Positions 19,233-28,402 of a stretch of 64,000 bases of DNA are shown one piece after another. The stretch is from assembly GCA_947630555.1 (NCBI GenBank), contig CANRIA010000002.1:112482-176481 (forward strand), given 5' to 3'. The notes beneath the pieces are model-generated. The model did not search any database, was not told where the DNA came from, and saw nothing but the letters and a program-made list of their open reading frames with translations. The translations under genes and the position numbers were made by a program. Position 1 is the stretch's first letter. Every line of letters begins with the position of its first letter. Source of the DNA: an uncultured Clostridia bacterium (GTDB taxonomy: Bacteria > Bacillota > Clostridia > Oscillospirales > Ruminococcaceae).

Positions 19233-19246
19233 AGACAGGAGAATAT

Positions 19247-20161
19247 ATGGAAAATCTTAAAACAAAAAGCGCATTTATAACTATAGTAGGCAGGGCAAAC
19301 GCAGGCAAGTCCTCTCTGCTGAATTGTTTAGTAGGGGAGAAGATAGCGGCAGTAAGCAACAAGCCGCAGACCACGCGCACAAAGATAACAGGCGTTCTTA
19401 CAAAGGGCGAAACTCAGCTTGTTTTTATTGATACGCCGGGTATGCACAAGCCGAAGAACAAGCTTTCAGACCACATGGTTAAGACTATAAACGAGGCGGT
19501 CTCAGACGGCGAGATAATTGTTATGGTAGCCGACTGTACAAAAAAGATCTCCGACCATGAAAAAAATCTGATAAAGAGCTTCAAGGCAGGCAAGATGAAA
19601 GTTATTCTTGTGCTGAACAAGATAGACCTGCTTGAGGACAAGACTGCGCTTATATCGCTTATTACAGAATATTCGCAGCTTTATGTGTTTGATGAGGTAG
19701 TGCCTGTTTCTGTAATTGAAAAAGACGGCACGGTCGAGCTTTTAGATGTGCTGATAAACTATGCGACACCCTCGCCGCATTATTTTCCTGATGACAAGTT
19801 TACCGACCAGCCGGAGCGAGTTATTATGGCTGAGATAGTCAGAGAAAAGGCTTTGCGCGCACTGAATGACGAAGTACCGCACGGTATTGCAGTTACGGTA
19901 GAAAGCCTTAAAGAGCGCCGCGACAAAAGCGGTGAAGATATTCTTGATATATCAGTAACTATATACTGCGAGAGAGATACACACAAGAGCATAATAATAG
20001 GCAAAAACGGCTCAATGCTGAAAAAAATAGGCAGCGATGCAAGAGCAGAATTGCAGCGATTTTTCAGAATAAAAGTAAACTTGCAGTGCTGGGTGAAGGT
20101 CAAAAAAGACTGGAGAAACAGCGAGGCGCTTATTAAAAATTTCGGGTTGTCGGATAAATAA
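19247..20161 (+). CDS. era: GTPase Era
   Basis: GTPase motifs are G1 GRANAGKSSL, G3 DTPG and G4 NKID, with a C-terminal KH domain. Confidence 0.93.
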   Translation: MENLKTKSAFITIVGRANAGKSSLLNCLVGEKIAAVSNKPQTTRTKITGVLTKGETQLVFIDTPGMHKPKNKLSDHMVKTINEAVSDGEIIVMVADCTKKISDHEKNLIKSFKAGKMKVILVLNKIDLLEDKTALISLITEYSQLYVFDEVVPVSVIEKDGTVELLDVLINYATPSPHYFPDDKFTDQPERVIMAEIVREKALRALNDEVPHGIAVTVESLKERRDKSGEDILDISVTIYCERDTHKSIIIGKNGSMLKKIGSDARAELQRFFRIKVNLQCWVKVKKDWRNSEALIKNFGLSDK

Positions 20162-20205
20162 TTGTCACGGCGTATGCAGATAATAGTTGCATACGGGGTG
20201 ATGAT

Positions 20206-20334
20206 ATGACTGATGAATTGTGGGAAAAGTTTGCAAAAAGCGGAAAGATATCGGATTACTTAGAATACAGACGTTCAAAACATCAAGAGGAGCATGGTGT
20301 CATTGGAAACAGTGAACGGGGTAATAATTCGTGA
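20206..20334 (+). CDS. yqzL: YqzL-like small protein (42 aa; below the ORF-track cutoff)
   Basis: I translated it by hand as MTDELWEKFAKSGKISDYLEYRRSK... The W-x2-F-x2-(S/T)G-x-I-x2-YL pattern and the era-recO position match B. subtilis YqzL as I recall it. The RBS is GGGGTGA. Confidence 0.55.
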   Translation: MTDELWEKFAKSGKISDYLEYRRSKHQEEHGVIGNSERGNNS

Positions 20335-21085
20335 AAAGCAGATAGGGGAGCAGGACAAGGCGATTGCAGTGCTAACCAAAGAAAAGGGCGTTATAGAGGC
20401 GCTGGCAAAGGGCGCTATGAAGATAAACAGCAAGCTTGGCAGTGCAACGCAGCTTTTCACATATTCAAAACTTTGTTTCAACAAAAACAAGGACAGATAC
20501 TACCTGAACAGCTGCGAGCCGATAAATTTGTTTTATAACATACGGCTGGAAGTTGACAAGTATGCTCTTGCCTGCTATTTTGCAGATATTATTCATTACA
20601 CTATTCAGATAAACGAGCCGTGCGAAAATGTTGCAAGGCTTATGATGAATACGCTGTATTTTCTGGATAACGGCAAAGTCAGCAACGAAACGCTGAAGGC
20701 AATTTTTGAATTTCGCCACATTTGCGAGATAGGGCTGATGCCTCAGCTGCTTTGCTGCCGCAGGTGCTACAGATATTCTACAGACTTAGGTCTGAATATG
20801 TATTTTGACATGAAAGACAGTATGCTGCTTTGTGAAGACTGCTACAACAGGCAGCACGCAAACAATAACGAAGAAGATGAAGAAGATACTTCACATATGT
20901 ACAAGCTCTCGCCGCAGACGGTGGAAATACTTCGATATATCGCACTTTCGGATCAGAAAAAGCTCTTTCACCTAAAGATGAGCGAAAAAAGGGAACGTTC
21001 GGTATCATTCATAACAGAGGAGTATCTTGAAACAAAACTGGACGTAAGGTTCAAATCGCTTACGTTCTATCGGTCAATTAGTTGA
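20294..21085 (+). CDS. recO: DNA repair protein RecO
   Basis: It has an N-terminal OB fold and a CxxC...CxxC zinc finger (CCRRC..CEDC), and lies after era. Confidence 0.88.
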   Translation: MVSLETVNGVIIREKQIGEQDKAIAVLTKEKGVIEALAKGAMKINSKLGSATQLFTYSKLCFNKNKDRYYLNSCEPINLFYNIRLEVDKYALACYFADIIHYTIQINEPCENVARLMMNTLYFLDNGKVSNETLKAIFEFRHICEIGLMPQLLCCRRCYRYSTDLGLNMYFDMKDSMLLCEDCYNRQHANNNEEDEEDTSHMYKLSPQTVEILRYIALSDQKKLFHLKMSEKRERSVSFITEEYLETKLDVRFKSLTFYRSIS

Positions 21086-21094
21086 GGAAGGTTT

Positions 21095-23509
21095 ATGATC
21101 AATAGTTTTAATGACAATGTTTTGGAATTACATAAAATTCTTGAAATGCTCAAAAACGAGTGTTCAAATGATGCATCGCGCGATATGGCGCTGAAAATAA
21201 GGCCAAACGCAAGCGTTTCAGATGTTAAAGAAGAAGTGCAAAAGACCGCCGATGCGCTGGAACTGACGGTCAAATTCGGCTCGCCCGTATTTTATAATAT
21301 TACAAATGCCGCCGCACTTGCTGACAGGGCATCTTCGGGCTCAATTCTAAGCCTTGCGGAGCTTATTGAAGTGCGCAAACTGCTTCACCAGATCTCTGCT
21401 CTTACAGAGTGGCACGACAGGTGCGGAAATGATGCAAAAAGTCTCGAATTTCTGTTTGAATGTATCTTTCCTAACAGCTATCTTGAAAGGCTGCTTGATT
21501 CTTCTATACTAAGCGAAGAAGAACTTGCCGATGATGCAAGCCCCGAACTTTCTTCTATACGCAGGAGAATTTCAAGGGCAGGCGTTAAGATAAGAGAAAA
21601 CCTGGAAAGCATGATAAAGTCATCTGAAACGAAGAAATATTTGCAGGAAGCAAGAGTAACGCTTCGTGACGGAAGATATGTTCTGCCAGTAAAATCTGAG
21701 CATAAAGGCGCGGTTAATGGTCTTGTTCATGATACTTCATCTACAGGCGCAACGCTGTTTATAGAGCCTATGTCGGTAGTAGAGGCTAACAACGAGATAC
21801 GCCTTTTAAAAGCGCAGGAGCAGGAAGAAATACACCGAATAATCACGCATTTATCGGCTTTGTGCGGCGAATTTGCTTTGCAGTTTGCATCAAGCTACAA
21901 AGCCTGCGTAACGCTCGATCTGTACTTTGCTAAAGCGCAGCTTGCCGCAAAAATGCACGCCTCTGTGCCTGAAATTTCAGATGACGGAATTATTGTGCTG
22001 AAAAAAGCCCGTCACCCACTTATTGATAAAAGCAGGGTAGTGCCTATTGATCTCACGATAGGGGAGAGCTACAATTCTTTGATAATAACAGGCCCTAACA
22101 CGGGCGGTAAGACTGTTATTCTTAAAACGGTGGGTCTGCTTACGCTGATGACGATGTGCGGTCTGCTGATACCTGTTTCAGACGGCTCAAAAATATCGGT
22201 CTTTCAAAATGTTCTGGCAGATATAGGCGATATGCAGTCTATTGAAGAAAGTCTTTCTACCTTTTCTTCGCATATGACAAGAGTTGTAGATATACTTAAA
22301 AAAGCGGACAGCGAAAGCCTTATTCTTCTTGATGAACTTGGCTCGGGCACCGACCCGATAGAGGGTGCGGCGCTTGCTGTTTCTATCATAGAAAAACTGA
22401 AAGAGTGCGGCGCAAAGATAATTTGCACAACGCACTATCAAGAACTGAAGCTATATGCCATTGACAGCGAGGATACAGAGAACGCCAGCTGCGAATTTGA
22501 CGTTGAAACGCTGAAACCGACGTACAGGCTTATTATAGGCTCTCCCGGTAAATCAAACGCTTTTGCTATTTCACGTCAGCTTGGTATGCCTGATGACATA
22601 ATAAATAATGCAGAAAGCATGATAGGCAGCGAAAACAGGCGTTTTGAAAACATTCTGGAAGGACTGGAGAAGTCGCGCTTGGAGCTTGAAAAACTGCGTG
22701 ACGAAGCAGACAAGAATCTTACCGAAAGCGAGAAGATAAAGGAATCTCTCGCCAAAGAAAAAGAGCTTTTAGAGCAGCACAAGGAAAAGGAACTGGAGAT
22801 TGCCAGACGTGAGGCAAATGCAATAGTTCGCCGCGTTACGCAGCAGTCTGAGAAGCTCATTGATGAACTTGACAGCCTGCGCAAGGAAAAGGATAAGGCT
22901 GATTTTGCGCAGAAAGCTATAGATGCAAAGCACGCAAGCAAGTCTGTTCTTAATAATATGTATAATGAATCCAACCCTGTGACAAAATCTGGCAGTGATT
23001 ATGTTTTGCCGCGACCGCTGGTAAAAGGTGACAGAGTTTTGATATCTGACATGAACAAGAACGGCATAGTTGTAACTCCGCCTGATGCAAGCGGAAACTG
23101 TTTTGTTCATTCGGGTGTTATGAAAACGAAGATACATGTCTCGAAACTCCGGCTTATTGAAAAAGAAGCTGCTCCTGTGCAAGGTAAGCAAAGTAAGCCG
23201 CAAAATAAGGCAAAGTCTTCGGGCAGAGTTACTTCAAGCGGCGTTGAAAGCAGAATGACACGCCGACCGCAAATGGAGCTTGATATACGCGGCTATACGG
23301 TAGATGAAGGTATCTATGAGGTTGATAGCTTTCTTGATGCTGCGGTGATGTCAGGCGCAAATTCGGTTACGATAATTCACGGCAAAGGCACAGGTGCTCT
23401 GAAAAACTCAGTGCGTGAACATCTCAGCTCGCATAGGCTTGTAAAGACATATCGCCGCGGCGTTTACGGCGAAGGTGAAGACGGAGTTACTATTGTGGAG
23501 CTTAAATAA
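21095..23509 (+). CDS. mutS2: Endonuclease MutS2 (MutS domain plus C-terminal Smr)
   Basis: Walker A is GPNTGGKT and the MutS motif is LLDELGSGTDP. A coiled-coil linker leads to the Smr domain (LDIRGYTVDE..IIHGKGTGALK). Confidence 0.93.
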   Translation: MINSFNDNVLELHKILEMLKNECSNDASRDMALKIRPNASVSDVKEEVQKTADALELTVKFGSPVFYNITNAAALADRASSGSILSLAELIEVRKLLHQISALTEWHDRCGNDAKSLEFLFECIFPNSYLERLLDSSILSEEELADDASPELSSIRRRISRAGVKIRENLESMIKSSETKKYLQEARVTLRDGRYVLPVKSEHKGAVNGLVHDTSSTGATLFIEPMSVVEANNEIRLLKAQEQEEIHRIITHLSALCGEFALQFASSYKACVTLDLYFAKAQLAAKMHASVPEISDDGIIVLKKARHPLIDKSRVVPIDLTIGESYNSLIITGPNTGGKTVILKTVGLLTLMTMCGLLIPVSDGSKISVFQNVLADIGDMQSIEESLSTFSSHMTRVVDILKKADSESLILLDELGSGTDPIEGAALAVSIIEKLKECGAKIICTTHYQELKLYAIDSEDTENASCEFDVETLKPTYRLIIGSPGKSNAFAISRQLGMPDDIINNAESMIGSENRRFENILEGLEKSRLELEKLRDEADKNLTESEKIKESLAKEKELLEQHKEKELEIARREANAIVRRVTQQSEKLIDELDSLRKEKDKADFAQKAIDAKHASKSVLNNMYNESNPVTKSGSDYVLPRPLVKGDRVLISDMNKNGIVVTPPDASGNCFVHSGVMKTKIHVSKLRLIEKEAAPVQGKQSKPQNKAKSSGRVTSSGVESRMTRRPQMELDIRGYTVDEGIYEVDSFLDAAVMSGANSVTIIHGKGTGALKNSVREHLSSHRLVKTYRRGVYGEGEDGVTIVELK

Positions 23510-23512
23510 TTG

Positions 23513-23556
23513 AAAAGCAGCCTTGCAAACTAAAAAGCGAAAAGGCTGCTTTTTTA
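23513..23556 (+). terminator. Rho-independent terminator after mutS2
   Basis: The 12-bp stem aaaagcagcctt/aaggctgctttt is followed by a T-run. Confidence 0.7.
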
Positions 23557-23585
23557 TATTTCTTATAGATTTTGCTGAAAATCTC

Positions 23586-23614
23586 TTGACAAACAGCTAA
23601 AAAGAGGGTATAAT
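23586..23614 (+). promoter_or_regulatory. Consensus sigma-A promoter for the recombinase gene
   Basis: TTGACA (23586-23591), a 17-nt spacer, then TATAAT (23609-23614). Confidence 0.65.
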
Positions 23615-23654
23615 AAAAGCAGAATGAATTTCGCTAAATCAAAATTTAGCGAAA

Positions 23655-24665
23655 TTGAGGGGAGAGAAAATATTGAAAAAAGAGTATATGGACGACTGTC
23701 CGCCGTATTTAATGGATTTTTTGACTGACCTGAAAGTGGTGCGCGGTCGCGGTGATCGCACCGAAGAAGCTTACTACTTAGACATAAGAACGTTTTTGCG
23801 CTATCTAAAAATAAGCAACAATCTCGTTGATGCTTCGGCTGAGTTTGAAGAAATTACTATTGCAGATCTTGATAAAGAATACGTTGCTGAAGTACGGCTG
23901 TACGATGCCTACAATTATCTACGTTACCTAAAAGATGTACGCAACAATACCAAAAAGACACGTGCGCGCAAATGCTCGGCGCTGAAGCAGTTTTATCAGT
24001 ATTTAAACAAGAAAGCCATGATTATCGAAAACGATCCGCTTACAGAGCTTGAAATACCAAAGCTTGACAAGCAGCTGCCAAGGTATCTATCACTTGAACA
24101 AAGTCAGTCGCTTATTGATACTGTAAATAACGGCAGTTCTCTGCGCGATTACTGCATTATTATATTGTTTTTAAACTGCGGTATGCGGCTGAGTGAGCTT
24201 GTAGGGCTTGATCTTAACGACTACAGTCGAGATAACAAAACATTGAGAATATTTGGCAAAGGCGGCAAAGAACGCATTGTATTTTTGAATAATGCTTGTG
24301 TTGCGGCGCTTGACGCATACCTTGCAGAGCGCAACGCTGACGAAAAAAACAAAGGTCTTAACGCTATATTTATATCGCGAAATCACCGCAGGATAACCAC
24401 TCGGCGCGTTGAGATGATAGTTGAAGAAAACCTAGCAAAAGCAGGTCTTAACAACCTTGGAATATCGGTACACAAGCTGCGGCACACGGCTGCAACGCTT
24501 ATGTATCAGTACGGTCACGTTGATATGCTGGTGCTGAAAGAAATACTCGGTCATGAAAGCACCTCCACGACCGAGATATACACGCATTTGGCAAGCGAAA
24601 ATCTTAAAAACGCTGCCGACAGCTCTCCGCTTGCAGATATTAAGCCTGCAAAAAAGAAGCAATAA
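23655..24665 (+). CDS. Tyrosine site-specific recombinase, XerC/XerD-like
   Basis: It has an N-terminal SAM-like domain. The catalytic residues are R (GMRLSEL), HxxR (HKLRHTAAT), and H and Y (LGHESTSTTEIYTH). The true start may be the TTG at 23673 or the ATG at 23688. Confidence 0.8.
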   Translation: MRGEKILKKEYMDDCPPYLMDFLTDLKVVRGRGDRTEEAYYLDIRTFLRYLKISNNLVDASAEFEEITIADLDKEYVAEVRLYDAYNYLRYLKDVRNNTKKTRARKCSALKQFYQYLNKKAMIIENDPLTELEIPKLDKQLPRYLSLEQSQSLIDTVNNGSSLRDYCIIILFLNCGMRLSELVGLDLNDYSRDNKTLRIFGKGGKERIVFLNNACVAALDAYLAERNADEKNKGLNAIFISRNHRRITTRRVEMIVEENLAKAGLNNLGISVHKLRHTAATLMYQYGHVDMLVLKEILGHESTSTTEIYTHLASENLKNAADSSPLADIKPAKKKQ

Positions 24666-24674
24666 ATCGATATT

Positions 24675-25280
24675 TTACTGCAAAGTCTGCTCGTCAAGAG
24701 TTAAACTGTAGGCAGGCATGAATTCGGCTATAAATTCGTCTGCCTCGGCTATATTCATGGCTTCTATGGCTTTTCTTGTAGAAGCAAGAGCCTGCTCAAA
24801 ATCGCGGTTGCCCATTTGAATTTCTTCAGTACATTTTATATATGCGGAAATTTTATCAGCCGCTTTTACCAAAGACCAAAGCTCGGCATCGTTATCGTTC
24901 GGGCAAAGAATATCTTCATACTCGCCGCGAATGTCCTCCGGCAGATATGACAGCAGCTGGCGTTCGGCGCGGTGCTCGACCTCTTTATAGGCAGATTTTA
25001 TCTCCTTATTATAATACTTTATAGGGGTTGGCAGATCGCCGGTGAGTATCTCGGAGGCATCGTGGTACATTGCAAGCAGCGCACACCTCTGCGGATCGAC
25101 ATTGCCTGCGTGGCGCACATTTCTGAGCACGGCAAGTAGGTGCGCTATATACGCAACTTCAAGGCTGTGTTCGCTGATGTTTTCGGTTATGGTGTTGCGC
25201 ATGAGCCCCCAGCGGTTTATATATTTCATACGTGAAATTATAGCGAAAAATCCGCTGTTTTTCATATTGTTACTGCTCAT
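24675..25280 (-). CDS. HD-domain 5'-deoxynucleotidase, YfbR-like
   Basis: ATG at 25280 follows GGAGG. The N-terminus FFAIISRMKYINRWGLMRN, followed by HS.EVA...HD..E..TGD, is the YfbR-type HD signature. Confidence 0.8.
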   Translation of the reverse strand: MSSNNMKNSGFFAIISRMKYINRWGLMRNTITENISEHSLEVAYIAHLLAVLRNVRHAGNVDPQRCALLAMYHDASEILTGDLPTPIKYYNKEIKSAYKEVEHRAERQLLSYLPEDIRGEYEDILCPNDNDAELWSLVKAADKISAYIKCTEEIQMGNRDFEQALASTRKAIEAMNIAEADEFIAEFMPAYSLTLDEQTLQ

Positions 25281-25302
25281 ATAATTTACCTCCGTATATT
25301 TA

Positions 25303-26214
25303 TTATTCAGGGTCAAACTCTCTCAAAAACAGCATATTATCAATAGTAATAGCAGTTTTGCACCAGTTTTCGGCAACGTACCACTCGTTATAATTGCTCC
25401 ACTGCCACGGAACATTGAACGAGCCATCGTCGAGCTGGGTGTTTTTTATATACTCACATTCGGCTTTATACAGCTCTTCTAAACTTTCGCTGTAAAATCT
25501 GCTGTTTTTAGATGTTATGAAAGCAGACGGTCTGGGAATATAATCGCCCCAATGTGAAACATCTCGGCAGATACTTTTATCAACAATTTCATCTAGTCTT
25601 GATAAAAATGCCGTTTCATCAAAAGGCATAATGCCTGTATCTTTGCAGTCTTCGTACATCGTGATAAAACATCTTGCGATATGCTGTTCTATAGGAGCGT
25701 TTTTTATAAACCATTCTGCCGCTTCTTTCACAAGCTGCAAGCCTTTTTTGTAAATATTGCTCCCCTCTTGCGCATACTTTACTATAAAGCCTGCAAGGGC
25801 AGCAGTCGGGTTGTATTCAAACAAACTGCCGTTTTCGGTATATTTCCACCAAAATGCACAGGGGCATTCGTTGTTTGAAGGCAAAGTATTCTGCCACTGT
25901 TGGTGCGCCTCGTCAAAGCCGTCACCGCTTTCAAGATAGCGCAAAATATCTGAAATCATTGGGTGGACACTTTCAATACCACCGATACTGCGAATATATT
26001 CTGTTGCTTTCCACACGCCCATAGGCAAAGAATTGCGGTTGAAGTTATCAGCTTCAATTCCCCAGCCAAAGCCGCCGTCAGCGTTCTGATAAGCTGAAAG
26101 TGCGGTCAGCACATCATCACGGCTGCCGTTTTCAAAGTAATACTTAAATATCGCCAAGTCAACGGGTCTGGCATTTCGGTAGATAAATTTTCTCGCTTTT
26201 TCAAATGTGTTCAT
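25303..26214 (-). CDS. Hypothetical protein with prenyltransferase/squalene-oxidase-type repeats (alpha/alpha toroid)
   Basis: It has two Q-x2-DGGF/DGSF repeat motifs (YQNADGGFGW, TQLDDGSFNV). The function is unknown. Confidence 0.5.
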   Translation of the reverse strand: MNTFEKARKFIYRNARPVDLAIFKYYFENGSRDDVLTALSAYQNADGGFGWGIEADNFNRNSLPMGVWKATEYIRSIGGIESVHPMISDILRYLESGDGFDEAHQQWQNTLPSNNECPCAFWWKYTENGSLFEYNPTAALAGFIVKYAQEGSNIYKKGLQLVKEAAEWFIKNAPIEQHIARCFITMYEDCKDTGIMPFDETAFLSRLDEIVDKSICRDVSHWGDYIPRPSAFITSKNSRFYSESLEELYKAECEYIKNTQLDDGSFNVPWQWSNYNEWYVAENWCKTAITIDNMLFLREFDPE

Positions 26215-26274
26215 TAAAGGTTCTCCTTTACAATAAATTTGGAAAGTTCCCTTTAATATCTTACCGTAAAAATG

Positions 26275-27096
26275 TCAGACTGTCTTGTAAAAATCCGACA
26301 TAGCAAAACTAAAAGCCTGTTTTGGTGTCATGCCATGTCGTTTGCGAAAATCGTTCAGAAGATGTGCCTGATCGGTATAGCTGTATTTTTCTACCATATC
26401 AAGAATATCCGCGCTGCCTTTTGAAACTTCCTGCCACACAAGCTGATAGCGAATAAGATTAGAAAAAGTTTTCGGTGTAACGCCCACGCTTTCTTCAAAC
26501 ATACGCTGCATTTTACGCTCTGAAATTACATTGCGCCCAGCAATTTCGGAAATTTTCATACGGCACCCAAATGTTATCATGTCGTTTATAACATTCATAA
26601 GATCGCTGCTTAAACGCCTTGTACTTAGCCAGCGCAGGAGAATTTTCTCAGCCTCCCCTGCCCTTTCTGTTAAATGATCAAAGCGGAGAACGATATCAAT
26701 AAGTTCGGCGGTCATGCCGCGAAAAAAGTCTTCGGCTAAATACGCATTATTTTTAGTATTCTTAAAACTTTCAGATGTGAAAAGCATGGCGCTCCAGCCG
26801 AAAAAACGTATGCCAAATATTGATATGTTGCTTTCGCGAATACCGCTTTGGTATGTTCTGTCGTCAAGTGCGCAGAAGCTGGCGGTGCAACTGTTATCTG
26901 AGCGATCTACCCTTATGATAATATCCATACAGGTATCGGGTATAACAAGCCGAGCGGCATTTGAGCTTTGGCTGCCCCAAAAGCAGCATACATACGGCGC
27001 TAATGCGCGGCAGGGCGGAATCTCACAATAATCGCTGCTTTTAAGATATGGCGTTGAGGTTATAGGTCTGTATCTATACAACATAAAGTTCACCAT
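26275..27096 (-). CDS. AraC-family transcriptional regulator
   Basis: The C-terminus has a double HTH (..ISEIAGRNVISERKMQRMFEE.. and ..DQAHLLNDFRKRHGMTPKQ). The N-terminal sensor domain is uncharacterised. Confidence 0.8.
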   Translation of the reverse strand: MVNFMLYRYRPITSTPYLKSSDYCEIPPCRALAPYVCCFWGSQSSNAARLVIPDTCMDIIIRVDRSDNSCTASFCALDDRTYQSGIRESNISIFGIRFFGWSAMLFTSESFKNTKNNAYLAEDFFRGMTAELIDIVLRFDHLTERAGEAEKILLRWLSTRRLSSDLMNVINDMITFGCRMKISEIAGRNVISERKMQRMFEESVGVTPKTFSNLIRYQLVWQEVSKGSADILDMVEKYSYTDQAHLLNDFRKRHGMTPKQAFSFAMSDFYKTV

Positions 27097-27161
27097 ACAA
27101 ACAGAAAAATCCTTACTACTTTTGGCAGTGAGGAATTTTTCTTATAAAATTTAATATTAAC

Positions 27162-28385
27162 TTATATTATGCTGAGCAGAACGCCTGCGGCAACGGCAGA
27201 GCCGATAACACCTGCAACGTTCGGGCCCATAGCGTGCATGAGCAGATAGTTGTTAGGATTTTCTTCCTGACCGACCTTCTGCGAAACACGAGCTGCCATA
27301 GGTACTGCCGAAACGCCTGCTGAACCGATAAGCGGATTTATCTTGCCCTTGGTAAATACATACATTATCTTACCGAAGATAACACCAAACGCTGTACCTA
27401 TTGAGAATGCTATAACTCCGAGAGCGATAACAAGCGCAAACTCTTTATTCATTATCTTGTCGGCAGTAGCTGTCGCGCCTACTGAAACACCAAGGAAAAT
27501 GGTGATTATATTCATAAGTTCGTTTTGTGCGGTCTTTACAAGTCTGTCGCAGCAGCCGCTTTCTTTAAGGATATTGCCGAGCATCAGCATACCTACGAGC
27601 GACGCAGCCGACGGAACGAGCAGCGCGATTATTATGGTAACGGCTATCGGGAAAATCATTTTCTCGGTCTTTGAAACGGTTCGCAGTTGATCCATAACGA
27701 CGGAGCGCTCTTTTTTGGTAGTCAGCAGCCGCATTATAGGCCGTTGAATGAACGGAACGAGCGCCATATAGGTATATGCCGCAAGAGCAATAGTACCTGT
27801 ACTTATCGAAGAATCGGGGCCGAGCAGCCTAGTTGAAACGTAAATTGCTGTTGGGCCGTCTGCGCCGCCGATTATAGCTATTGCGCCCGATTCTGCGGCG
27901 GTAAATCCGAAAAGAGCCGCGCCGACAAACGTTAAAAAGATACCAGCCTGAGCCGCTGCACCAAGAATAAAACTCCTTGGGGCGGCTATCAGAGGGCCAA
28001 AGTCAGTCATGGCGCCTATTCCTAAGAAAATAAGCGGTGGGTAGAGTCCTGCTTTTACGCCGATATACAAAATATCCAGCAAGCCTCCGTACTTCAAGAC
28101 TCGTCCAAAATCTATCAGGTGGTTGCCCATTTCGTCCTCGTAGCCGTCAAAAAGCTCGGGGTGATACATTTCGGTAAGCGGCAGGTTTGTCAGCAGCATA
28201 CCGAATGATATGGGCAGCAGCAAAAGAGGTTCAAAGCCTTTGGCAATAGCGAAATACATAAACACAAAAGAAATAAGTATCATTACAATGTTTTTCCAGC
28301 CGCCGCTTTCAAGCAGCTGTGCAAGACCCGACTGATTAGCAAGGTCTGCAATAGTATCAAGGAAAATTCTGAAAACTTCACTCAT
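27162..28385 (-). CDS. Na+-translocating decarboxylase beta subunit (OadB/GcdB/MmdB family)
   Basis: It is polytopic. The family motifs EPLLLLPISFGMLLTNLP and YPPLIFLGIGAMTDFGPLIA are present, including the conserved Asp. Confidence 0.88.
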   Translation of the reverse strand: MSEVFRIFLDTIADLANQSGLAQLLESGGWKNIVMILISFVFMYFAIAKGFEPLLLLPISFGMLLTNLPLTEMYHPELFDGYEDEMGNHLIDFGRVLKYGGLLDILYIGVKAGLYPPLIFLGIGAMTDFGPLIAAPRSFILGAAAQAGIFLTFVGAALFGFTAAESGAIAIIGGADGPTAIYVSTRLLGPDSSISTGTIALAAYTYMALVPFIQRPIMRLLTTKKERSVVMDQLRTVSKTEKMIFPIAVTIIIALLVPSAASLVGMLMLGNILKESGCCDRLVKTAQNELMNIITIFLGVSVGATATADKIMNKEFALVIALGVIAFSIGTAFGVIFGKIMYVFTKGKINPLIGSAGVSAVPMAARVSQKVGQEENPNNYLLMHAMGPNVAGVIGSAVAAGVLLSII

Positions 28386-28402
28386 ATATCGCGCCTCCTT
28401 GC

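Noticed and set aside
23655-24665. The tyrosine recombinase as the integrase of a prophage or integrative island.
   Set aside because: No phage or conjugation genes flank it. I saw no flanking direct repeats and no adjacent tRNA. It has a consensus housekeeping-type promoter and sits between mutS2 and convergent metabolic genes, which is more consistent with a Xer-type chromosomal recombinase.
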